This document shows, piece by piece, positions 41,946 through 53,169 of a stretch of 64,000 nucleotides of DNA; the stretch's first letter is position 1, and every line of letters begins with the position of its first letter. The translations under genes and the position numbers were made by a program. The DNA comes from Candidatus Bathycorpusculum hydrogenotrophicum (GTDB lineage: Archaea; Thermoproteota; Bathyarchaeia; Bathyarchaeales; Bathycorpusculaceae). The DNA is taken from the NCBI GenBank assembly GCA_009783705.1, contig WRCX01000004.1, positions 1,827-65,826 of the forward strand, in the 5' to 3' direction. Below the pieces are notes generated by a model. It ran no database searches. It was not told the origin of the DNA and saw only the letters and a program-made list of their open reading frames with translations.

Positions 41946-43030
41946 TGATCGACAGCGTAGCCATAGGGAAAATCATAGAAAAATACGACCCCACAAAACT
42001 CGCCATAGGCACCCTTGGCTCTCACAGCTCTTTAAACATCTTTAAAGGCGCCAAAGAAGAAGGCTTCCGAACCGTATGCATTTGCAAAGAAAAAGACGCT
42101 ATCATCTACCAAAAATATCCCATAGTCGATGAACTAATCACCGTAAAAGACTTCACTGAACTGCTCAACCCCAACCTACAGGAGCGCCTCCGAAAACTAA
42201 ATGTCATTTTAATTCCACACGGCTCCTTTACCGCCTATCTTAGCACCGAACAACTAACCAACAATTTAGAGGTGCCCCTTATGGGAAACCGTCAACTGCT
42301 CCACTGGGAAGCCAACCGCAAACGCCAAGAAGAATGGCTAAAACAAGCCGGCCTACGCTTGCCAGCAACCTTTAACTCACCTGATGACATCGACCGACTC
42401 ACCATCGCCAAACTCCAAGGCGCCAAAGGCGGCCGAGGATACTTCCTAGCCAACTCCCCAAACGGTTTCTACAAAAAAGCCAACGAAATGCTAAAACGAG
42501 GCCTGCTAACCAAAGAAGACCTCGAACACGTACACCTCCAAGAATATGCCCTAGGCGTCAACATCTACCCCAGCTACTTTAGCAGCATCCTAAACAATGA
42601 CGTAGAACTCCTAGCCATGGACCGCCGCTACGAATCCGCCGTAGATAGCATCGGAAAAATTCCCGCCCAAGAACAACTTGACATCAACATCGCTCCAACC
42701 TACACTGTCGTAGGAAACTTTCCCGTAGTCCTCCGAGAATCCCTTCTGCCTGAAGTATTGCAAATGGGTGAAAATGTCCACAAAAAAGCTGCAGAACTAG
42801 CACCACCTGGCATCATTGGGCCTTTCTGCCTCGAAACTGTCATCACTGATGATCTTAAAATCTACACTTTTGAAATCAGTGCCCGCATCGTAGCTGGAAC
42901 AAACGTCGGCATCGGAACCTCACCCTACGCCTATCTACGCTACGGCGAAAACATGTACATGGGCAGACGCATAGCCCTAGAACTCAAAGAAGCAACAAAA
43001 CAAAAACGCCTCCACGAAATAGTTGCCTAA
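41945..43030 (+). CDS. purP: FAICAR synthetase PurP
   Basis: TLGSHSSL, IPHGSF, GAKGGRGYF, DRRYES, RESLLP, GPFCLE, FEISARI; TAATG overlap. Confidence 0.88.
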   Translation: MIDSVAIGKIIEKYDPTKLAIGTLGSHSSLNIFKGAKEEGFRTVCICKEKDAIIYQKYPIVDELITVKDFTELLNPNLQERLRKLNVILIPHGSFTAYLSTEQLTNNLEVPLMGNRQLLHWEANRKRQEEWLKQAGLRLPATFNSPDDIDRLTIAKLQGAKGGRGYFLANSPNGFYKKANEMLKRGLLTKEDLEHVHLQEYALGVNIYPSYFSSILNNDVELLAMDRRYESAVDSIGKIPAQEQLDINIAPTYTVVGNFPVVLRESLLPEVLQMGENVHKKAAELAPPGIIGPFCLETVITDDLKIYTFEISARIVAGTNVGIGTSPYAYLRYGENMYMGRRIALELKEATKQKRLHEIVA

Positions 43031-43189
43031 CATACTAATTCAACAACTTTTCTTTTTACTCTCTCTGTCGTCATAAAACTCGTGTTTTTAAAGCCCAAAT
43101 AACTCGATCACTCGTGTTCCGCTTTGGAATAGGGTTGTTCCGTAAACAGAGCTAATAGTTGCTTTAGGCTAAATGCATCAGGGAAAAGC

Positions 43190-44866
43190 ATGAAAAGGGT
43201 ATCTAAAATTATTATCTGCTCAATATTGTTGCTAACTGTTCTTTCAGTTGCTATTATAGCAAATGTATCGTTAGCTGAAACTGATGCCGATAATAACTCC
43301 TTCTATGTCGGTGTAACCTATGGTGGAGATACCGTCGAGGGCGCAAAACAACTAATCGACAAAGTCAAAGACTCCACTAATCTCTTTATCCTATCCTCTG
43401 GAGGACTGATATATAACATTACAGCCGTGGAAGAAATTGGCGACTATGCAATCGTTTCTGGCCTTAATTTTGCAACATCCTTTGGTCCATACTTCTCCAT
43501 TGTTCCTCACGGATGGGTTGACACTGCGCAACAACGCTGGGGTAGCAGTTTCATAGGGATATATTTCTATGATGAACCCGGTGGAAAAATGCTTGATGAC
43601 ACTGTATGGTTCCCAGATGAAAGCGGCGGGGATCAGTCCGTAACAAAACTAGAGATTGGCGGTATTAGTTTACGTAAACATATGATATCTGCTAGCAATG
43701 TATCTGATTATTATTCTAACGGTATCGTAAAAGTAACTTTTAATGACCTATATGAATCAAAGACTGGTCGATTAGATGTTGATTATCCGGACGGATCATC
43801 CAAAACTATACTCGATGTCCCCTGGCAAGAAGAAAGCTTCATAGAGTACCCAAATGGAACCAAAACTTGGTTCAGGCCATACTGGTTCAATACTGAAATA
43901 ACATATTATCCTGATGGGGATATCACTGTTTGGGAACATATCGATGAGGAAAATCACTATGATATGTTCTATACAGCAGTGAATGGCAGCAAACGCATTG
44001 CTGAAGTGGAACCGCTGAGTGCAGTTTTAGAGAGGAACCCCATCAAGACCCATAATGTGGCCGCACAAGTATTTGAAAATGAACTCGCAAGACGACTTTC
44101 ACCCTTAGAAAACAGCACCATACCTCTGTTTACCTCGGATTATGGGCTGTATTGGTGGGATTTCCGCGGAGGATATGATTTAGTTCTTGCCCAAATAGGC
44201 TGGAACAACACTCTTGAGCAAGAAATCGCCCTAGTCAGAGGCGCAGCAAACCTCCAAAACAAAAACTGGGGTACCATCATCACCTGGAAATACACCCACA
44301 CACCGTTTCTCGCTGACGGCCAAGAAATGTTTGAACAAATGAAAACCTCCTACGAAACAGGAGCCAAATACGTCATAGTTTTTAACTACTCCGAAGACCC
44401 CCAAAACCCAAACATCCTCCAAGACGAACACTATCAGGCGCTGGAGCGTTTTTGGCTGGAGGTAGTTCAAAACCCAGAGGTAACTCATGGCGGCATAAAA
44501 GCCGAAGCCGTTCTAGTACTACCCCCAAACTATGGCTGGGGCATGCGTAACCCAACCGATTGCATCTGGGGTATCTGGGAAACAGACAACAATTCTCCAC
44601 AAATCTGGAACCAAGTACACACCCAGCTAGACAAGTACGGTTTAAAACTCGACATAGTCTATGACGACTCCGACTACCCCGTAGCTGGCCGATATAACAA
44701 CATCTACTATGTAAACCCACCCTTCCCCTATGTATGGCTAATAGCCGCCATTTTGTTGCTCCCTATAGTTGTTGGTGTTTTACTGATCTATACATTAGAC
44801 GGCGAAAAAACCAAACAACAAACCCCATCACCCCTACATTGTAGGCTGAATAACTTTCTTTTTTGA
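43190..44866 (+). CDS. Membrane-anchored secreted protein, paralog 2 of 4 (C-terminal tail frameshifted)
   Basis: Same motifs as 31444-33105; 2-nt insertion at ~44790 alters the tail. Confidence 0.8.
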   Translation: MKRVSKIIICSILLLTVLSVAIIANVSLAETDADNNSFYVGVTYGGDTVEGAKQLIDKVKDSTNLFILSSGGLIYNITAVEEIGDYAIVSGLNFATSFGPYFSIVPHGWVDTAQQRWGSSFIGIYFYDEPGGKMLDDTVWFPDESGGDQSVTKLEIGGISLRKHMISASNVSDYYSNGIVKVTFNDLYESKTGRLDVDYPDGSSKTILDVPWQEESFIEYPNGTKTWFRPYWFNTEITYYPDGDITVWEHIDEENHYDMFYTAVNGSKRIAEVEPLSAVLERNPIKTHNVAAQVFENELARRLSPLENSTIPLFTSDYGLYWWDFRGGYDLVLAQIGWNNTLEQEIALVRGAANLQNKNWGTIITWKYTHTPFLADGQEMFEQMKTSYETGAKYVIVFNYSEDPQNPNILQDEHYQALERFWLEVVQNPEVTHGGIKAEAVLVLPPNYGWGMRNPTDCIWGIWETDNNSPQIWNQVHTQLDKYGLKLDIVYDDSDYPVAGRYNNIYYVNPPFPYVWLIAAILLLPIVVGVLLIYTLDGEKTKQQTPSPLHCRLNNFLF

Positions 44867-45104
44867 TATTTTTATCTATTTAACACTATAGTGTTGGCCA
44901 GGTTCCGTTTAAGCGATACTTTGTTTGTTTCTGTTTTCCTATACTTTGTGCAGTGTACAGTGACGCTTTTTAACTAACCCCTAATCGGACCCCTTTCTGT
45001 CTCAAAATGCTGTGCCCAAGTCAATATGGTGTTCTGCTTTAGAACAAAAGTGTTCTGTAAAGAGAATTAATAACCCCTTTAGCCCTAAACGTGCTGGGAA
45101 AAAC

Positions 45105-46723
45105 ATGAAAATCGCAATAAAACTCATCGTATGGCTGATACTAACAATTTTCTTAGTCACTACTATAGCAAACGTTTCGTTAGCTGAAAATCACCCTGAT
45201 ACTGCATCATTTTATGTTGGTGTGACCTATGGTGGAGCTACAGTTGAGGGTGCAAAGCTTCTAATAGATAAAGTCAAAGACTGCACCAACCTCTTTATCC
45301 TAGCCTCAGGAAACCTGCAACAAAACACCACAGCAATAGAAGAAATCGGAGACTATGCAATCGCTGCCGGCCTCAACTTTGCTCCATACTTTGGCACCTC
45401 TAGTAGCATGACTGCTTATCAAAACTTTGCCAAGACCGCACAACAACGCTGGGGCAACCACTTCACAGGTATGTATTTCTTTGATGAACCGGGCGGAAAA
45501 ATACTCGATGCCACTGATGCATACTTGACAATCAAAAACAACACCTACCTAGCAAAACGAAACACGGGTAACATCATAATAAGTGAATATAGTATAGATG
45601 GTTATGGCAGTAGCTATGTAACTAATTATTGTCCTAACGGTACAGTAAAAGTGACTACCACATTTCCAGATAAATCAAGAAATGGCACACTATACATTAA
45701 TCATCAAGATAATTCATACGAAATATATCAAATGCACCTTGGCGCGAAAAACCACATATTGAGTATCCCAACGGAACTAAAAGCGATTTCACCCCATATA
45801 CCATCGAGAGAGAGGTCACGTATTGTTCTAATAAGGATATCACAATTTGGGAGCGGGATTGGGAAAGTCAAGAGTACCTGTTATACACAAAGATAAATGG
45901 TAGTGCGCGGATTGCGCAGGTAGAACCTTTGAGTACAGTTTTAAATAGACACCCCCTCGGGAATGATGTGGTAGCTCAGGCCTTTGAAACCTACACCGCA
46001 AGCTATTTACAGCCTCTAAAAAACCAATCTGCAACTATCTTTACAGCTGATTATGGATTGTATTGGTGGGATTTTCGAAGCGGCTACGATTTTGTGCTTG
46101 CTGAGTTAGGCTGGAACAACACTCTTGAGCAAGAAATCGCCTTAGTCAGAGGAGCTGCAAATTTGCAAGGTAAAAGCTGGGGTACAATCCTTACTTGGAA
46201 ATACACTCATCCGCCCTTTCTTGCTGATGGTCAAGAGATGTTTGAACAAATGAAAACCTCCTATGAAGCCGGAGCAAAGTATGTAGTAATTTTTAACTAC
46301 TCAGAAGATCCAAAAAATCCTGATACTCTTCAAGAGGAACACTTTCAGGCGCTGGAGCGCTTCTGGACAGAGGTGGTCCAAAACCCAGACGTCACCCATG
46401 ACAGCATAAAAGCCGAAGCCGCCCTAGTATTACCCAAAAACTTTGGCTGGGGCATGCGCAACCCCCAAGACACAATCTGGGGACTATGGCCAGCAAACGA
46501 TACGTGTCGGCAGATCTGGAATCAAGTGCAAACTCAGCTGAATCAGTATGGGTTAAAACTTGACATAGTCTATGATGATCCTGACTATCCCGCGGCAGGC
46601 CGATATAACAACATCACCTATGTGCACTCTACTTTTCCCTATGTCTGGCTGGTAGTTGCTATTTTGTTTCTTTCTATATCGTCTGGTGTTTTATTGATCT
46701 ATGTTAGACGAAGAAGAAATTAA
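45105..46723 (+). pseudogene. Paralog 3 of 4, split by a 1-nt deletion at 45730-45732
   Basis: Adding one A joins EIYQ to NAPWREKPHIEYPNGT, collinear with the other paralogs. Confidence 0.8.
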
Positions 46724-46869
46724 TAACACCCCTTCTTCTTTAGATACTCAAATAATCTTTTTGTCTTTCCAAATTTTAGTATGCCCTAAAGTCTCTGTTT
46801 GGTTATGGGGATAAAGATAAGAAGTGCTATGTTCTATTTTCTAACAAGTAGCAATAAGTTTGTGGTTGG

Positions 46870-48444
46870 ATGAAACATACCGTAATACTTGTAACTATTG
46901 TGCTCCTTATTATGATGATACTTCTTTCATCTGTTACTGTTATGGGCGATGTCTCGTCAGCTGAAAATACCTCAGATAACCTTCAGCCTTTCTATGTCGG
47001 TGTTACATATGGCGGTGAATCAGTTCAAGAAGCAAAAGAGCTTATTGATACTGTAAAAGAATATACCAATTTTTTTGTTTTACAATCAGAGTATTTACAG
47101 TGGAATATTTCCGCTGTGAATGAAATATGTAATTATGCTATGACTTCTGGTTTGTATTGTGCCGCTTTTTGTGGTGTTTATCTTGATGTAGGTAATACTG
47201 CTGAATTAGCTATGTGGCTTAATGTTGCAAAAGAACGGTGGGGCGAGCAGTTTATTGGAATATACTACGATGACGAACCTGGCAGAAAAATGATTGATTC
47301 TACGGTCGTTTTGGAACGGATACTTACCCGCGGTGAATTTGGACTTAGATTTCAATATCATCTCATAAAGGATTCCTCTGGAAAAATTCAGCTTGATGTT
47401 GATGGAATTAACTATGAGTTTTTTCCTGATGGTGAGATCACGGTTTTAGAAAGGGGTCGCTTAATTACTTATTATCCTGACGGAACAATCACCTTATCAG
47501 ACTGGGAAAATAACAATTTTTACACACCTGAAAATATCACAACATATTCCTCACAAATACCAACCTATGAACAGGTCGTAGAACAAAATCCTGTCAAAAA
47601 CAACGATGATGCCGCTAAGGTATTTGTAAACAAGAACAAGGCTGCCATGGAAGACCGTTATCGTTTAAACAAAATGCAGCTAGAGAAGTCAATTTTAATT
47701 TTTACCGCTGATTCCAGTCTTTACTGGTGGGATTATCAAAGCGGTTACGATTTTGTACTTGCCAAATTAGGCAAAAACGACAAAGTAGCACAAGAAATCA
47801 GCTTAGTGAGAGGTGCCGCAAATCTATACGGTAAAAGTTGGGGTACCTTTCTTACTTCAAAATCCTATGATTCGTCCGATCTTGCTGATGGTCAAGAAAT
47901 GTTTGAGCAAATGCGCGATTCCTATGAGGCTGGGGCGGAATATGTGGTAGTTTTTAACGCCTACTCCTATAACCCAGAAAATCCAAATACCCTCCAAGAG
48001 GAACATTTCCAAGCTCTGGAACGCTTTTGGATTGAGGTAGTTCAAAACTCCCAAGTTACCCATGGCGATATCAAAGTAGAAGCAGTTTTAGTGTTACCTC
48101 AAAACTATGGCTGGGGCATGCATAACAGGGGTAGCTATGACTGGGGCAAGACCTCTGACTGTCTTTGGGGTATATGGGACACCAATAGCACTACCCAACA
48201 AATCCGAAACCAAATGCAAACCCGCCTCAACCAATACGGTTTAAAACTCGACATAGTTTTTGATGATCCTGCCTACCCCATAGAAAACCGATACAACAAC
48301 ATTTACTATTGGGATTCTCCCCCGCCGGCTTCGTTTTTTGATTTTTTCACTTTATATTTTGGGTTGTTGGTAGCGGCTATTTTGCTGTTCCCTATAGTTG
48401 TGGTAGGGTTGCTGGTTTATTTTAGACGCCGAAAAATCATTTAA
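46870..48444 (+). CDS. Membrane-anchored secreted protein, paralog 4 of 4
   Basis: FYVGVTYGG, YYDDEPG, WWDYQSGYD, RGAANL, TM + RRRK. Confidence 0.8.
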   Translation: MKHTVILVTIVLLIMMILLSSVTVMGDVSSAENTSDNLQPFYVGVTYGGESVQEAKELIDTVKEYTNFFVLQSEYLQWNISAVNEICNYAMTSGLYCAAFCGVYLDVGNTAELAMWLNVAKERWGEQFIGIYYDDEPGRKMIDSTVVLERILTRGEFGLRFQYHLIKDSSGKIQLDVDGINYEFFPDGEITVLERGRLITYYPDGTITLSDWENNNFYTPENITTYSSQIPTYEQVVEQNPVKNNDDAAKVFVNKNKAAMEDRYRLNKMQLEKSILIFTADSSLYWWDYQSGYDFVLAKLGKNDKVAQEISLVRGAANLYGKSWGTFLTSKSYDSSDLADGQEMFEQMRDSYEAGAEYVVVFNAYSYNPENPNTLQEEHFQALERFWIEVVQNSQVTHGDIKVEAVLVLPQNYGWGMHNRGSYDWGKTSDCLWGIWDTNSTTQQIRNQMQTRLNQYGLKLDIVFDDPAYPIENRYNNIYYWDSPPPASFFDFFTLYFGLLVAAILLFPIVVVGLLVYFRRRKII

Positions 48445-48492
48445 CAAAAACCCTCTACACCGCTTTGTAGCCTACCTTGACACCTATTAATG

Positions 48493-49269
48493 TTACAGTT
48501 GTTGGTTGGTGAGGCAATGTTTGAGTAAGGTTTCAAAGCTTTGTCGGTTTCTGTTTTTTCTATAATTGCGCAATGCCTCCAGTAATTCTGGTTTGTCTCT
48601 CTTCCCAATGATGCTTGCGATTGTTTTGCAGACTTCACTTTGACCTTGAAACAGAAACTGGCAAACTGAGGTAACATTGGATGCATTACGCTGAGTGCTG
48701 GCCGTTTCAAAATCAACGATAAATGGGGTATTGGTTTTGTTGACCAAAAGATGTTTAGGTGCTTTGCTAAGCTCACCATGATCCAAACCAATTTCATCCA
48801 GACGCCAGCATTGCTCTAAGATCTCTTTTACAATGGTCTGCACCGCGGACTTGCTTCTATGAGTTGTTGTTAGCCACTCCTCTAACAAGTAACCATCAAT
48901 GAGTTCCATCAAAAGAAAATGCTTGGTTGTTGCTACAAACTGTGGACCTGCCCCAACAGTGTTGGCCTTGACAAGTAATTCTGCTTCATGTTCTAAGCTC
49001 TCGCGCTCAGAGTCCACGCGTTGCATCTTTAGAGCCAATTTTTTACCCTGCGCATGCGCCACTATAACAATACCCACATAACCCTTACCCAGAACCGATA
49101 AGGTAAAGGCGGAGGATTTACCTGAAAATTCTACCGCTTCCACACCCAACATTTTTAATTCTTCCATACGGGGCTGCATCTCCTCAGGCGTTGCTCGGGG
49201 ATAACATACAACCGATGCGTATGGTTCCTCTACAAGATGATTTATGGGGACTAAAGCGGAGTGTGGCAT
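48493..49269 (-). CDS. RIO/Bud32-like Ser/Thr protein kinase (COG2112-like)
   Basis: LGKGYVG, ALK, DHGELS, VDFE. Confidence 0.8.
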   Translation of the reverse strand: MPHSALVPINHLVEEPYASVVCYPRATPEEMQPRMEELKMLGVEAVEFSGKSSAFTLSVLGKGYVGIVIVAHAQGKKLALKMQRVDSERESLEHEAELLVKANTVGAGPQFVATTKHFLLMELIDGYLLEEWLTTTHRSKSAVQTIVKEILEQCWRLDEIGLDHGELSKAPKHLLVNKTNTPFIVDFETASTQRNASNVTSVCQFLFQGQSEVCKTIASIIGKRDKPELLEALRNYRKNRNRQSFETLLKHCLTNQQL

Positions 49270-49401
49270 TATCTCTCAAATCCACACTACAAGCAAAAAG
49301 CCTTCCGCATACTCGAGAGATATCTAAATTAGTTGTCTTGTTGGGTCTTGCAAGTTTTATTGATGGGAATGGTTAAAAGTATACTAGGTTATCCTTTTTG
49401 T

Positions 49402-52400
49402 ATGTCGCAGTCAAGTTCTGAGTTGCAAAATTCTGTTCTAGAGATTTTTAACCGTCTAAATTCTCAGCAAAGTGAAGCTGTAAAAGAGATTGATCGTCCG
49501 CTTCTTATAATTGCGGGTGCGGGTTCAGGGAAAACCTTGACTGTAGCAAGTAAAATAGCGTATTTGATTGCAAAAGGTGTGCCGCCAGAGAATATATTGG
49601 CTTTAACTTTTAATCAAAAAGCAGCTGAAGAACTCAAAGTACGCGTAACAGAGTTGATGAAAAATCCTGCAGATCTCAACATATCAACGTTTCATTCTTT
49701 TTGTAATCAAGTTATACAGGATAATATTCTCAACACTAAACTAAATGCTAATTTTAAAGTCATTACTGAAACAGCACAGTTAGTCTATTTAGCTAAAAAC
49801 ATTAACAGTTTTGGTCTTGAGCATCTGGAGTTCAACCACAAACCCTACACCTTAGCTGAGGAGATGAAAAAATTCATATCCCGATGCAAAGACGAATTTG
49901 TAACCCCTCAAGACCTGCAGCAATACCTCCAAGAACAAAAACTACTCACACTTGATGAGGAGGTGCAGGAGGATCTAAACAATCTTCAAGATATTCTCAA
50001 GATTTATCAGGCCTATGAGGCCTACAAGCTCCAAAATAATCTCCTAGATTTTGGAGATATGCTTTGTATAGTGCACAATCTGCTAAAGAGCAAACCTCTA
50101 GTTCTGCAGAGCTATCAAGAGAAATTTCAATTTGTAATCGTTGATGAATTCCAAGACACCAACTATATCCAACTTCAAATAGTCAATTTGATTGCAAAAA
50201 AACATGGCCACATTACCGTTGTTGGCGATGATGATCAAAGTATTTACCGCTTCCGAGGGGCGCATCTCACAAATATAGCCGAATTCAAAAAAACGTTCCC
50301 AAACTTTGTCGAAAAAGCCCTAGAACACAACTATCGTAGCACCAAAAAAATAGTCACCACAGCCAACGCCTTAATAGAAAACAGTCCCGAGAGAACCCTA
50401 AAACAGCTCTTTACAAACAATCCCAACGGCGACCAAATAGATATCATCGAAACCCCCAATGACGCCTCACAAGCAAACTATATTGTTGAAGTAACAAAAG
50501 AACTCCTAAAGACCCATCCACCCCAAGATATCGCTATTCTATGTAGACGAAGAGCAAGCGCCGAACCCATAATTAACACCTTTAGAAAACACGCCCTACC
50601 ATTCAACTTTATTGGCGAAACCGGCTTCTTCCAAGAACCCATAATAAAAGACATCACCGCATTTCTAAAAGTCCTCAGCAATCCCCTAGAAAGCAACGTT
50701 GAAATCGTTAGAATCCTAAACCGACCCAACTATGGCATAAAACAAGTCGATATATGCAAATTTACCAGTTACGCAAAACAAACCGGCCTCTCCCTCTATG
50801 AGACCTTTGATCACCTAAACAAAATAGCCGTAGACAAACTCAAATTCCCCATAGTCAAACAAGCCCTATCTGATATACTAAACAAAAAAAATAGACTACG
50901 CCCCCTAGATCTTGTGCATACCATTCTTTTTGAACGCGAATTCTACAAATACGAGCTAGCCCTCAAAAATAACCACAACCTCCAACTGTTAAACCAATTC
51001 TATGCATTTGCCGAAGAATTCAACAGCATATACCCCGATAGCGACATTGACGACTTCACAGACTACCTCACATATGCCTCAAACTTTGAAATCGAAGAAA
51101 AAAACAACAGCGAACAAACCATCATCATATCCACAATCCATGGCGTAAAAGGCATGCAATACCCCGTTGTTATCATCCCCGATGTCAACGAACGAAAAAT
51201 ACCCACCACCTATCAAAAAGACAAATTCGCCATCCCCCAAAAACTCCTAAAAGGCATCCCCTCCAACCATGACGACAAAGAACTCCACATCCAAGAAGAA
51301 CGACGCCTATTCTATGTAGCCATAACCCGCGCCAAAGAAAAACTAATCATAACCTACGCTAATCGCCACGGAGAAAACAAAACCGACTCCAAACCCTCCC
51401 GATTTCTCCAAGAAATCAACTATCAACAAAACCCCGACCTAACCTTCCAACAAATAAACCCCCAAGAAATACCCCTCGAATCAACAAACACCGAAAACCA
51501 AACAAAAACCACCTTGCTCCAACAAGTCATAGCAAACCTAACAACCGGACAATTCAATGAAGCAATAGAAACTGTTCTTCTCTTCGCTAAAGTAACCAAC
51601 AAAACCATAGACATACAAACCGATATAATCAAAAAAATCAAAGAACCAAACTACACCTCAATTGAACAAGTAACCCAAAAACCTCTAACGGTTCTCTCAG
51701 ACCACGTTTTTAGTGTCTCCCAATTTGTCAGCTACCAAAAATGCCCCCGACAATACCACTACCGCCATGTAATGAAAATCCCAGAAAAACCCCGCTACTA
51801 CTTTGAATTCGGAACAACCATACACAACATCGCAGAACAACTAACCCGACTACAAAAAGAAAAACAACCCGTTAATGAAACAATAGCTGAAGAGTTGCTG
51901 GCCAAGTTTTGGAGCTCAAAAAGCTACCTAAGCGAACTTGATGAAAAAAGAGACTATGCCGAAGCAAAATCCATCTTGAAGATCTTTCTTGAAGAACAAA
52001 GCAAAAACAAAACCGAAATCTTAGATATCGAACGATGGTTTGAAACTGCCGTGGGAAACGTACGCATCAGAGGAAGAATCGACCGCATCGACAAAGACGA
52101 AACAGGCTACACAGTTATAGACTACAAAACAAGCAAAACCGCATCATCACTAAATGAACTCAAAAAAGACATGCAACTATTAGTCTACGCACTTGCAGTC
52201 AAAGAAATATATGGCAGTGAAAGCCAGCTAAAAGTCGGCGATTGGTTCTTGCGACCTAACAAACAAGTCTTTTTTACCCCCGAAAAACAAGCCATCGAGA
52301 ACATCCAAACCGAAATCCAAGATATGTCTAAAAAAATCAACTCAGCCGTATTTGACCCCAAAAAAGACGCCTGGAACTGCCGCGAATGCGACTACGCATG

Positions 52401-52413
52401 CCTATGCGATTAA
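49402..52413 (+). CDS. UvrD/PcrA SF1 helicase fused to a PD-(D/E)xK (RecB/Cas4-like) nuclease with Fe-S staple
   Basis: AGAGSGKT, VDEFQDTN, GDDDQSIYRFRG, NYRS, EERRLFYVAITRA; CPRQY...GRIDRID...IDYKT...CRECDYACLC. Confidence 0.9.
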   Translation: MSQSSSELQNSVLEIFNRLNSQQSEAVKEIDRPLLIIAGAGSGKTLTVASKIAYLIAKGVPPENILALTFNQKAAEELKVRVTELMKNPADLNISTFHSFCNQVIQDNILNTKLNANFKVITETAQLVYLAKNINSFGLEHLEFNHKPYTLAEEMKKFISRCKDEFVTPQDLQQYLQEQKLLTLDEEVQEDLNNLQDILKIYQAYEAYKLQNNLLDFGDMLCIVHNLLKSKPLVLQSYQEKFQFVIVDEFQDTNYIQLQIVNLIAKKHGHITVVGDDDQSIYRFRGAHLTNIAEFKKTFPNFVEKALEHNYRSTKKIVTTANALIENSPERTLKQLFTNNPNGDQIDIIETPNDASQANYIVEVTKELLKTHPPQDIAILCRRRASAEPIINTFRKHALPFNFIGETGFFQEPIIKDITAFLKVLSNPLESNVEIVRILNRPNYGIKQVDICKFTSYAKQTGLSLYETFDHLNKIAVDKLKFPIVKQALSDILNKKNRLRPLDLVHTILFEREFYKYELALKNNHNLQLLNQFYAFAEEFNSIYPDSDIDDFTDYLTYASNFEIEEKNNSEQTIIISTIHGVKGMQYPVVIIPDVNERKIPTTYQKDKFAIPQKLLKGIPSNHDDKELHIQEERRLFYVAITRAKEKLIITYANRHGENKTDSKPSRFLQEINYQQNPDLTFQQINPQEIPLESTNTENQTKTTLLQQVIANLTTGQFNEAIETVLLFAKVTNKTIDIQTDIIKKIKEPNYTSIEQVTQKPLTVLSDHVFSVSQFVSYQKCPRQYHYRHVMKIPEKPRYYFEFGTTIHNIAEQLTRLQKEKQPVNETIAEELLAKFWSSKSYLSELDEKRDYAEAKSILKIFLEEQSKNKTEILDIERWFETAVGNVRIRGRIDRIDKDETGYTVIDYKTSKTASSLNELKKDMQLLVYALAVKEIYGSESQLKVGDWFLRPNKQVFFTPEKQAIENIQTEIQDMSKKINSAVFDPKKDAWNCRECDYACLCD

Positions 52414-52596
52414 CAAACAACCTCAAATTACCAACAACAGACAAACAAAACTGCCTAATGATTCTATTGTTTTGTTTCCATACACTGAGTCTGATGGACA
52501 AATGTGTTTGGTCAATGCTCAAACTTTATCTATTCGGTAGCGGCATAAAAAAATTAGCACATCGCGGTGCTATCCAAATTAGGCGAAATCACCGTT

Positions 52597-53169
52597 ATGA
52601 CTGAGGTATCAACATTTAATCAGGGCAAAGAGCAGCCCATCAAAGCTTCTGAAATCGACCCAACTTTCAAGTATGAACTTGAAAAAATTCCCGGGGCAGA
52701 AAAACTCCTTCTCTGTTTCCAATGCGGTACTTGTACCTCTGATTGTCCAATCGCCAGATTTAGTGACAGCTACCGCCCCCGAACCCTTATCCGCCTAGCA
52801 CAGCTGGGCCTAAGAGACCGCGTATTAAACAGCGACACACTCTGGCTTTGCTCCGCCTGTTTTACCTGCACAGATCGCTGTCCACAAAATGTCGAAGTCG
52901 ACAGCATCATACGAGTATTTCGCAACCTAGCTATTGAGAAGGGCTATATTCCACAGGGACTTCGCGACCAAACCCAAACCCTACTCGAAACCGGATATAT
53001 ATCCAAAGTTCCCGAATCAAGAATCAAAAAACGCGAAACCTATGGCCTACCCCCGCTACCAAAAACTAACCCCGAAACAATAAAAAAAATACTTAGCGGC
53101 ATCCCGTTTTTTGATCACCTCCAAGCAATACCAAACCCTCAAGGAGACAACAAAAATGACTCCCAGTAA
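52597..53169 (+). CDS. hdrC: Heterodisulfide reductase subunit C
   Basis: CFQCGTCTSDCP, WLCSACFTCTDRCP. Confidence 0.9.
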   Translation: MTEVSTFNQGKEQPIKASEIDPTFKYELEKIPGAEKLLLCFQCGTCTSDCPIARFSDSYRPRTLIRLAQLGLRDRVLNSDTLWLCSACFTCTDRCPQNVEVDSIIRVFRNLAIEKGYIPQGLRDQTQTLLETGYISKVPESRIKKRETYGLPPLPKTNPETIKKILSGIPFFDHLQAIPNPQGDNKNDSQ

